Shown here piece by piece: positions 1 through 10,329 of a stretch of 64,000 nucleotides of DNA (its first letter is position 1; every line of letters starts with the position of its first letter). Both the position numbers and the translations under genes were made by a program. The DNA lies in the NCBI GenBank assembly GCA_028023455.1, contig JAQFVV010000003.1, positions 26,412,001 through 26,476,000 of the forward strand. Direction: 5' to 3'. This stretch comes from Epiperipatus broadwayi. Lineage: Eukaryota; Animalia; Onychophora. The notes beneath the pieces are model-generated. The model was given only the letters and a program-made list of their open reading frames with translations. It searched no databases and had not been told where the DNA came from.

Positions 1-138
1 ACCAGCTTTAAATATGTGCATGCACATCCCCAAAAAGAAGAACTATTTATATTGGGATGCTATCTCCCTCTCGATAAGAGAACCAATAAAATTACATGCA
101 TCTATAAATGTTACAAACCAACTACAGAATTTTATTCA
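1..138 (+). CDS. Candidate internal exon of host gene A (5' end outside window)
   Basis: Frame 1 is open from base 1 (TSFKYVHAHPQKEELFILGCYLPLDKRTNKITCIYKCYKPTTEFYS) to a GT donor at 139-140 (tca|gtaaaa). It is phase 0 and compatible with the exon at 2949. Linkage is inferred only. Confidence 0.3.
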
Positions 139-1049
139 GTAAAAAAATAAAATCCCTCATTATTTGAAAACATGAGATTGAGATATTCAATTACAGTGTA
201 ACTATTCAATAATAATGATTTATTTATAAGAATAATTATGCACTTTACAGATATATTTGTTTGATATAACCAGCATTTATGTACATGAATAAATCAAGAT
301 CTGTTTTTGAGGACATATTTTCAGTTGCTAGTTCAAATAATTTAATTATTAAATAACTTATTTTATATATGTATGTTTTCTTTCACATTTAATATATATA
401 TTAATAACTTTGAATACCTTATGAAGTAAAATCATTTTGGTGAGAATTTTGAGAAGTAATGTTTTCTTTAAATACAAATACTCTTCTGGCAGATGTCAGC
501 TTACTATTTTAATCATTTTCATTTAACTGATTAAAAATATCATATTTACCTTTGATGTACTTTAAGATAATGTTCTTGGCATAAGGTGAAATAAATAAAA
601 AATGCTGAGTAAATCAAATGTTATTTTAATAACTAGTCCACCAAATATAAATACCAAATGATATTTAAAAAAAGAACTTGAATATAAAAGATAATTATAT
701 ATTTTAATACAAATTAATATTGATGTTAGATTTTTGTTTGTTTGTTTGTTTAGAATTTAAAAAATAAACGAAGAAAAGAAACATATGTATGTTCTTGTTT
801 TTATATGAGTAGAAAAAGAATGTAAATAACAACAGAAAGACCCTCATAGTATAATATTAACCGATCTGCTTGTCATAACCTGGGCTTGAATTCTGGCTGA
901 AAAAATATTCACATTTGAAATATTTTTTTTAGATTCCAATAAAGTTCAACATTTTTCTTTCAAATAACTAAATTTAGGTGATGCTATAATTTTGTTATTA
1001 TCTATTCTTAACTAGAGAGTGAAACAAGAATGTACTCTTGTCATTTTGA

Positions 1050-2560
1050 AATTTTATTTTATTTTTTTCCAAAAACTTTGGATACAAAAAAATTACAGAA
1101 AACCTGATTGTCTTAAAACTGCGGAGCTAAGGGTCTCTAATCCTTTGGAGAGTTGGTTATTTCAGTTAAAAGTCTATGGAAAATTCAGTCCTGCAAAATT
1201 CACTTTATGTCCAGGATTCCACATGTAGCCATTCGGGGGCTAACATGCGATCTCTGAGGCAAAACCCTTTTAAAAGCTTTATGAAGTATTTCCAATATAT
1301 TTAGATTTGAGTCACTAAAAATGTATTTACATCTGACTAGCCAGATTGCAAAAGAAAAAAACACAGATATTCTGATTTTTGAAAAAATACCTGACTTTAT
1401 GGCATTTTGTATAAATAGGACATCTCTGTGATCATGGGAGACCTTTTTGTTGATGAACGTCCTAACTTGACCAAGAGCTGGACATGTATGGATGATATGG
1501 GTGATGGTTTCATCTGCCAAAGAACCCAGCTGACACTGGGGGTTGAGATTGTTGAAGCCTCTTTGCCACACAAGAAAGTGGTTCATTGGTAGAGAGGAGA
1601 GGTTGCATTTCAGCAAGAAGTCTGAATTTGGGTTCTGGGAACCACCTTTTTTATTTCTTTATTAGTAGTTTATTAGTTAGTCCTATAGCGTTATGCAGTG
1701 GCAGTAGATCTGGATGTTTCAGTTTGTATGTCTCCCAGTAAGTGGTCTTTCTATCTTGAACAGGATTTATCAAATTTGTAGTGGAAGTCACATAGTCCGA
1801 TAGATCAGTTAACCACTTGCTACATGAAGGAGGAGGGGTGTCAGTGGAAGTTACAGGCAGCGCTGATGTCAGGTTGACTTGTTTAAAGCGAGTCAATCTA
1901 ACAACCGCAATTGCCTCTGTAAGTACAATATGGACACTGCGTGGAGACCAAGCCCATTTAGTTCTCTTGGCATATGTGCTTTTCTTATGCTTATGGCAGC
2001 CACCTTGGTCTTCCAAAACAGCTTAGAACAAAGAGAGTTTAATCAGGTCTCGAAAACCTTGGTAGGCTTTATTATGGGTAGAAAGTAGCTGAGCCTGGAG
2101 AAAACTAACATATTTAACAATATAGTCTTGCCTGGCAGAGAGAGAGTAACTTTAGAGAGCTGTGTAGTAATCTTCCTTGTTTTTTCAAGGATAGAGCTCT
2201 GTAATTCCTTGACCATGGCAAGTCTGGTCTTGGTTATGGGGAAGCGTAAGAATTTTTGAGGTTGGGCGGTGAACATAGATGGTATTGTTTTGCCAGACCT
2301 AATGTTCCACATGGAAGATTTGTTGTAGTTTATCCATAGATTCAATTTCTTGGAGTATTTATTAATAATTTGCAGCAATGGTTGGAGATGACTCTGGTCA
2401 GGCAGAAAGATTGAGACATCATCTACATAGGATATATGGTGTATTTGACGTAAGGATGGTATATAGATTCCAGGTAGTTTGCGTTCGACTTCAATGAGAA
2501 AGGGATTGAAGTATGTGTTGTTAGAGGGGATCCCTGGGGAATGGACAGTTTGACAAACCT
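1050..2560 (-). mobile_element. 5'-truncated, frameshifted L1/Tx1-clade non-LTR retrotransposon
   Basis: Minus strand shows QGSPL (2522-2536), HISYVDDVSIF (YVDD at 2418-2429) and the L1-type post-RT segment LSLPGKTILLNMLVFSRLSYFL. The C-terminal CCHC-like motif CQLGSLADETITHIIHTC is in ORF 1200-1616. An A-rich/AATAAA 3' end lies near 1050. Confidence 0.85.
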
Positions 2561-2948
2561 GTTAATGCATTCTTCACTTTTTCTTTATGAGGTGCTTCTG
2601 GAGAGGCTTTCATTTTGAAGTGGGTTATTTAAAGGCTGTTTCATCTTTTATACTTATATTAATAGCATATTATCAAATAGTTGTAATTAACAATTCCTTT
2701 TTACAAAATGAAAAAGTTTGTTCTACACAGAAGTTTTTAAATTGTAATATTGAATGGATAAATATTAACATTTTTCTATTTTTAGATTACTTCTAAAAAA
2801 ATAAAAAATAAATATATATTTAAAAGTTTTTTTTATTATTTATTATATTCCTCATCTCAATTTTATCTTATTGTAAACATCTAGCAACTCAAAAAAGAGC
2901 ATCCTCAGTCTCTATGCATACATTTCTTGACCAACATTCGCTCTTCAG

Positions 2949-3018
2949 TTAACCGGATATATCAAATACCTGAATCTTCATGCCCTTATCGATAGCTCTT
3001 TATTATACCACATACAAG
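2949..3018 (+). CDS. Candidate exon, host gene A
   Basis: ctcttcag|TTA...CAAG|gtaggg; 70 nt, LTGYIKYLNLHALIDSSLLYHIQ(G), phase 0 to 1. An 82-nt GT-AG intron leads to the next exon. Confidence 0.5.
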
Positions 3019-3100
3019 GTAGGGTCTATTGGTTTCTGTACATCTGTAATATCTTGTAAAAGAATGAACAATCATTACACTGTAGATATATATTTTTTAG

Positions 3101-3265
3101 GTTTCTTGGCTTTTATCAATGCAACATTAAAAACCAAAAAAAATCCAATAACATTTATTCAAAGTGAAGTGATTTATATGTATGATAAAGACATTAGGGA
3201 TTTATTTGTATTAATAGTTTCCAAATCTAAAAAGAAATTTAAAAGTAAATATTATGTAGCAATAG
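3101..3265 (+). CDS. Candidate exon, host gene A
   Basis: tattttttag|GT...ATAG|gtatgt; 165 nt, open, phase 1 to 1: (G)FLAFINATLKTKKNPITFIQSEVIYMYDKDIRDLFVLIVSKSKKKFKSKYYVAI. Both splice sites are strong. Confidence 0.55.
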
Positions 3266-3645
3266 GTATGTAATTAAAATTTAAAAACAAATTTATAATC
3301 AGAACTGTTGTCTCATTTGATGATTTCAAACTCAACTTGAATAGAGATTGTTGAATTTTCAAGTATTGTAATGTTATATATTTAGACTACGAGATTTTAT
3401 TGTGTAATATATATATTAAACTAATTACTACTTATATAACTATTGTTAAACTAGAGTTTAATTAGCAATGTAAGGTTAGCTCTTGCCTTGATTATTAGGA
3501 TGTAACAATTCAGGGAGATGATTGAATAGATTACTATGATATAATCGAGTTTAATGATATGGAATACCAGAATATAGGTAAACTGCAGTGATATTTCATT
3601 ACAGTATTCGTAATTTTATGATGGAATTTGATTCTCTATCTTCAG

Positions 3646-3659
3646 AAGGTAATTTTAAG
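3646..3659 (+). CDS. Candidate 14-nt microexon, host gene A
   Basis: attctctatcttcag|AAGGTAATTTTAAG|gtatgt gives (E)GNFK. It converts phase 1 to 0, which is required to join the exon at 8066 without a stop. Confidence 0.4.
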
Positions 3660-3859
3660 GTATGTTGTATTAGAATGTACAGCGGACACTAATTATAATG
3701 GAGTTTGCAGAAGTCAATGATTGAATCTACCAAGGATATTATAGCAGCATACAGTATTTTTATTGTTTTTTAATTCATTTTTAAAAGGATAATACAAGAA
3801 CTGACTATAATATGTACAAAATAATGATAGGATAACAGCAAAAGTCTATACAAGAAGTA

Positions 3860-6756
3860 ATGAAGATTTCAAAAGATAAGGCGGAGGGTGTTAAGAATCC
3901 CCTGATTGCGGACCCAGGCTGCCATTTGATGATGACTTTTTATTTAGGTACTTACAACTGCAGATCACTTTCAAGTGAAATAAGATTGCAAGAATTAGAA
4001 GAAGAACTGTCTTATATTAAATGGGACATTATTGGACTTTGTGAAGTTAGAAGAAATGGTGAAGAAACAATTGATTTAAAAAGTGGACATATATTCTATT
4101 ATAAAGGCACACATATTGGAAATACAAGTGGAGTAGGATTCATTATAAATAAAAAGTGGAAGAACAATATTGTGGAGATTGATGGTGTATCGGACAGAGT
4201 GGCAAGATTAGTTATACAACTTAATAGCAGATACCAAATGCAGATAATTCAGGTTTATGCCCCAACAAGTTCTCATAGTGATGAAGTAGTAGAAGATTTT
4301 TATATGGATGTACAAAAGGCTTTTGATCAGAGTAAACAACATTTTAAAATTGTTATGGGAGACTTTAATGCTAGAATTGGTAGACAAATGAAAGATGAAA
4401 TTGCTGTAGGTAATTTTGGTTATGGTAATAGAAATGAGAGAGGTCATAGACTTGTGGAGTTTGCAGAAAAAGAAAAACTTTATAATATGAATTCATTTTT
4501 TGAGAAAAATGTTAAAAGGAAATGGACATGGAAGCATCCAAATGAAGGTACAGCAGAATTAGATTATATTTTGACTAACACAAAATACATATTTCAAAAT
4601 TGTAATGTTCTTAATAAATTTAACACAGGAAGTGATCATCGATTAGTAAGGTATAAGTTACGTGTTAATGTAAAATTAGAGAGACAAAAATTATTAAGAA
4701 AAACAATATTTACAGTTGATATTCCTAATCTTCAGAAACATTCTAATGAATTTAAATTAGAACTTACAAATAGGTTTCAAGTGTTAGGAGATTTTGAACA
4801 TGATTCAAATTTGAATGAAATTAATATGAAAATAACATACATTTTTAAAAACTGCAACAAAGATAGCTGGTAGAAAAAAAGCAGTAATTGACTAATAAAA
4901 TTTCTACTGAGACTAGAGAATTTATGAAGAAAAGAAGGAATATGAAGATATACAAAAATGATGTATTAAAAAGAATTGAATATCTCGAATTTTGTAAAAT
5001 GGTACGGAAAAGAGTTGAAAATGATATAAGAAAGTATAACTGTGAAATAGCAATGAAAGCTGTAGAAGAAAATAAAAGTCTCAAGAATGTTAAACAACAT
5101 TTTGGTATTGGTAGGAAATTTATATCTGCAATAAGAAAAAAAGATGGACTTATTACTAAAAAGAGAGATGACATCATGAAATTGGTAGAAGATTTTTATC
5201 AAGAATTATATAGTAATAAAGAACAAATACCTCCTATATCTATTACATCTTCCGAATTGCCCAGAATTTTAAATGAAGAAGTGAGGCATGCAATTAAATG
5301 TATGAAGAAAGGAAAGGCTCCAGGAAATGATGGAATTATAATTGATATATTAAAAGAAGCAGGTGAAGAAATAGAAACAATTTTAGCAAAGTTATATACC
5401 AAATGTTTAAATGATAAAGATGTACCGGAAGATTGGAAGAATACAATAATATTATTAATATTTAAAAAAGGTGATAAAGAAGATATTAGAAATTACAGAC
5501 CTATCAGCCTTTTATCAGTTTTATATAAAAATTTTACCAAGATAATTACAACTCGTCTACAGAGAACTTTGGATTTCCACCAACCAAGAGAACAAGCTGG
5601 ATTTAAAAGTGGTTTTAGTACAATAGATCATATCCAGGTATTGAGAGAAGTCATAGAAAGGACAAATGAATATGAGTTGTCATTATGTTTTGGATTTGTA
5701 GATTATGAAAAAGCATTCGATTCTATACACATTTCTTCAGTGATTAAAGCATTGGATTATCAAGGTATAGATCCAGGATATTGTCATATTTTAAAGAATA
5801 TTTATAAAAATGCAACAGCAACAATTAGATTACATATTGATACTGGAAAAATCAACATTGAGAAAGGTGTAAGACAAGGTGACTCCATGTATTCAAAACT
5901 TTTTACAGCAGTGCTGCAAGAAGTATTTTGTGGATTAAAATGGGAAACTAAAGGAGTGAAAGTAATTGGAGAGTATTTAAGTCATTTAGATTTTGCAGAT
6001 GATGTAGTTGTTTTTGTAAATAATGCTTTAGAGCTGCAGGAAATGTTGCAGGAGTTAGCAGATGAAAGTAGAAAAGTAGGACTAAAGATAAATGTTAAAA
6101 AGACTAAAGTAATGTTTAATCGATTTGCTCAAAATATGAAAATAAAGATTGATTATGAAGAATTAGAAAAAGTTAACAGTTACAAATACCTTGGTCAGAT
6201 TATTAATACAGATGGAAACATAATGGAGGAAATTAATCATAGAATTAAACTTGGTTGGAGTGCTTTTGGTAGAAATAACTTGATATTAAAAGGAAATATG
6301 CCTGTGTGTTTGAAAAGGATGTTTTTTAACAAATGTGTTTTACCAGTTCTTACTTATGGATCTGAGACTTGGACACTTAATAGAAGAGCAATACAGAGAC
6401 TTCAGAACACTCAAAGGAGTATGGAGAGATGTATGTTGGGAGTGATAAGAAGAGATCGAAAACGCAATGTATGGGTAAGACAACAAACAGGTGTTACTGA
6501 CCTTATTGAAAAAATTAAAAGATTGAAATGGAGTTGGGCTGGACATATTTCTAGAAGAAATGATAATAGATGGACAATTGAAATTTTAAACTGGATTTCA
6601 AGAGATTGTAAAAGACCCAGAAAGAGACCACATGTGAGATGGATGGATGAAATAAGAAAATGTGCAGGGGTGTTGTGGAGAAGAGAAGCTAAAGATCAGA
6701 GAAGATGGATTAAACTTGGAGAGACCTTCATCCTGCAGTGGATTGATAATGGTTGA
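3860..6756 (+). pseudogene. RTE single ORF (APE-RT) split by one frameshift near 4845-4890
   Basis: ORFs 3860-4873 and 4888-6756 are in different frames. Changing frame in the A/T run near 4846 gives continuous ...TYIFKTATKIAGRKK...TNKISTET.... Confidence 0.9.
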
Positions 6757-6768
6757 TGATGATGATGA
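3863..6768 (+). mobile_element. Near full-length RTE-clade LINE (APE endonuclease + reverse transcriptase)
   Basis: APE motifs GTYNCRSL, DIIGLCEVRR, IQVYAPT, IVMGDFNA, LDYIL and GSDHRLV. RT motifs NYRPISLLSVLYK, REQAGFK, DYEKAFDS, GVRQGD and LDFADD. RTE C-terminus KWSWAGHISRRNDNRW, then a (TGA)5 tail at 6754-6768. The 5' boundary is approximate; a possible degenerate TSD is tatacaagaagtaatg / tatacatgaaaaatg. Confidence 0.95.
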
Positions 6769-7478
6769 ATTATTATACATGAAAAATGCATTTTAAAGTA
6801 CAATGCTTGATTTGGAGTTGAATTTTAAATCAAATAGTAAAAAGATACTTAAGCACACAGCAGAGTTACATCATTCATTTCTGTATTCAATAAATATAAA
6901 TTGATATTTATAAATAAAAATCTTATTTAAATTAATATAAATTGAATTATTTAGTGATTTGAAATAAAAATATAAGTAAATGCATATACACATGTAATAA
7001 AAAGAAAGACTTATGTTTGGCTTTGTGTATATATATATGTCATTAACTAATGTATAAAAAAATGTTTTCTAGTAAACTACAATCAATTTATTAATTAATT
7101 TATTGATTTTTAAATACTTAAATTTAAATTTGTACTTACAAAATTAGAATATTAAAAAGATAAAATCGAAACTTAATGTAGATAATTTATATGTTAAAAT
7201 GTGGTTATAGTTGATGTTAGTTAAAAACTTTAACCACTGAAGTACCATCAAGAAAATTTAATTCAAAATCTGTTGAGATAATCTCTCTCAACTTTAATTC
7301 TATTTTATTGCATTTAATAAAAATAAACAATATCTTGAAAAATTGACTAATAGAATGTCTATCTGATATAAATCAGCATACAATTTAGATAATGTTCAAA
7401 TTATTTATTAATGGACATTCTATATATATATATAAATAACTACAACCATTAAATGTCTGTATTTTTAAATTATATAAT

Positions 7479-7540
7479 AATAATTCAAATAAATATATTT
7501 AACACAGTATACTGTGTTAAATATATTTGTTTGAATTATT
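7479..7540. repeat. 62-bp loop-less palindrome (one mismatch)
   Basis: aataattcaaataaatatatttaacacagTATActgtgttaaatatatttgtttgaattatt, centred between 7509 and 7510. Confidence 0.9.
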
Positions 7541-7550
7541 AATATATATA

Positions 7551-7740
7551 TATGAATGTAAATTAAAATTATTTTACTATGTAAAAAAAGTGGAGTCAGT
7601 ACATAAATAAATTATTTCATTATCATTATTAAGCTACTTTAGAAAATTTTTCTATGCTAATAATATAAATTATGCAAATGAGAAACAATTATGCATAAAT
7701 TGATTCTTGTATAAAAACTTATGTTTAGGATTTATGAAGG
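7551..7740 (+). mobile_element. Gypsy LTR fragment homologous to 13080-13260
   Basis: Colinear shared blocks: attattttactatg, cattattaagctact, ttatgcaaatgag, aacaattatgcataaat and tataaaaact(t/c)atgtt. Confidence 0.7.
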
Positions 7741-8065
7741 TGTTATGAAGGAATAATGATCTATGAGGAAGCATAATAATTGTGAGTATGATTCAACTAT
7801 TACATTAGCAATGGATTGTCCACATAGTGATTTGAGAACTACAAAGTTTATACATAGCTGTTTTAACATATTATGATGGGGACTAAAATTTGAACCCCTG
7901 CACAAAGATTAAAATAAGTATAAATGTGTCTGAGTATTAAAAGAGACATATATATATATATATTTGTTAATGTAAAACAAAATTGATAAAATTAAACTTT
8001 GAAATTTAAATTTTTTAAAGAAGAAAAGATGATGCAATTTTTTTCTTTTAATTTATTATTTTTAG

Positions 8066-8125
8066 GTTAAGTCATTAGATTACATACTACATGTAATTAC
8101 TTTAGCAATTTTTGAATTAGTACTG
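8066..8125 (+). CDS. Candidate exon, host gene A
   Basis: ttatttttag|GTT...CTG|gtaatt; 60 nt, phase 0 to 0, VKSLDYILHVITLAIFELVL. The other two frames contain stops. Confidence 0.45.
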
Positions 8126-8296
8126 GTAATTACATAATAATTTTTTTTGTTAAGTGGTATGTGGAATGTTAATAAACAATAAAATGTCTTTTTTGAAAGA
8201 AAAGAGAAAAGTATATAAATATCCAAAAATGGATTAATTATATATATATGTATATTTATTTATTTAATCAAAAAATAAATCTTTTATTGATTCCAG

Positions 8297-8368
8297 GTAG
8301 AAGGTTTGCCTTTTGTTCTAATCAAATCAGGATATTGTCTTAAAAAACTTGAATTACAGGCTATTTAA
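8297..8368 (+). CDS. Candidate terminal exon, host gene A
   Basis: ttttattgattccag|GTA GAA GGT...ATT TAA, reading VEGLPFVLIKSGYCLKKLELQAI*. Confidence 0.45.
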   Translation, partial: VEGLPFVLIKSGYCLKKLELQAI

Positions 8369-10329
8369 AGACAGTCTGAATAGAATGGAAACTTTTTTTA
8401 TTAGTTTTCTTTTTTACAAGATTGAAATGAAAATAAGGGGATACTAGCCACATGCATAATGAGTCGGCATTTTCTTTTATAGAAAAGGCTTATAAGAAAA
8501 AAAGTTTGGATTTGAAGTTATTTTATATCCTGTTTGGGTAGTCTGGAGGTTGCCTGAAATCCTCTTCATGTTGGTTTTAAAATGTAAAATAAAACCTTAA
8601 GCAACATGGAATTTGGAAAGAGTTAACCAAAGTAGTTGATTAGAAAACCAAAAGAGTTGTAATAAGTATTCTTTGCACTACAAAGTATCTATCATGAATC
8701 AACTCATCTTAAGTTTGCAGTAATAAAAAATATGGAACTAGAAATTACCAGAATATATCAGACTTGTCATCTGCAATAACTATATAATTGTATTGCTTCT
8801 ATTGCCATATGTCTGCTGCAGGATCATCAATTTGCAAATGGAGTTCCAATAAAAGAAATGAAAAGACATTTACATATAAAGTGCCTGTTTCTGAAAGTTT
8901 GATGAAAATACCCGGGAAGACAAGATAGACTTTAAATTTATTCACCTATTAGTAAATTTACTTATTTTATTATATTCCCAGGAATTAATGTAAACAATTT
9001 GTTTTTTTGTTATTTCAATAGTAATTTTTTTTGTAATATGAATTTTATGATCAATTATGAACTTTTGACTTTTTTATATTAATGTATGTGCATGTATATA
9101 ATGATTCACAGACACAGATATCTAAATATGAAAGCCAAATGAATAAAGGAAAGGGGTAATCATTAATTAAATATATAAAGATTAGACTTAACCTATAGTC
9201 AAGTAATGGTAAAATGGAACCCTATGGGATTTATTATTATTATTATTATTAATATTATTATTATCATCATCATCATTCATATTTGGTGGAGGGAATTTTA
9301 TACTATAGTATAGGGAAAAGGATCAATTTTGTGAATGATTATTATTTAGTTTGTCTAAAATAAATTTGTTTTTTTAAAATTACCTAGTTAGCAGTCAACC
9401 ATTTCATTAAATTATTAAAAATAATATGAATATCAAATAAATAACATGCTGTCTATTTTGAATGAAGTCTAACTACCACTCATCTTGAAAATTATTTTAC
9501 TACTATAATGCTGAACCAGTATAGAGAATTGCTATACTGGTAGTCTATACTTTTTATTTGTCCTCTCTCATTATGTAATTTTTTATCCATATAATATAAG
9601 AATTGACACTATTAGGTACTTGTAAAATGACTGTGAAATATAACTAAATAACATTAGTTCAGTAATCTTTATTAAATAAAATTGAGAAGTAATGGGTAAT
9701 CTTATTTTAATATCAAATTGAAATAATCCATGTGTTTGTATAAATAGACTAATTTATATAAATAGAATAGTATTATCATTCAGCATATGAGATTTTTATA
9801 ATTTACCTGATCTCTGATAATAATTAATCTGCAAAGAAGTAATGTCTGGGACAGCAAAATATGGCATCCAACATGGGGTTTGAATAACTTTGAAAGTATG
9901 ACATAGTAAGAAATTGCACACATCATGTTTGGGCATGAATAACTTTGAAACATGCAGCAAAGTAATTTGTGGACACATAATAGAGTATTTTATTTTGATA
10001 ATGTATATTATTTGTGTGGATGATATATACATTAAGCTTTGGAAAGATTGAAACTGAAATTATAAGCTAGGCAAATGAAAAAAATAAAAAGGGGCTTATA
10101 TATAATTATCAAATAAATAGAAGGCAAATCAAAAACAGCACAGTCATGGCAGATGGTAGTTTAATTAATTGCTTGGTTAGGGTGTGAGTCTGGTATAATA
10201 GAATAAATATATTGCAGTTATACCCAAATGGATATGTGAAGAACTTTTTAATTAAGATGCATGGCAATAGATTATATTTATCTACAAAGTATGTGTAGAA
10301 ACTAAAATACACAGCAGCATTACTGTAAA

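Noticed and set aside
847-900. tRNA-like A/B-box remnants here and near 44265, 53090 and 57880
   Set aside because: No cloverleaf can be folded. At most these are decayed tRNA-derived SINE heads, too degenerate to call.
4208-6780. Minus-strand ORFs 4208-4447, 4845-5177, 4966-5202, 5199-5402, 6340-6546 and 6598-6780
   Set aside because: They are antisense shadows of the RTE coding sequence.
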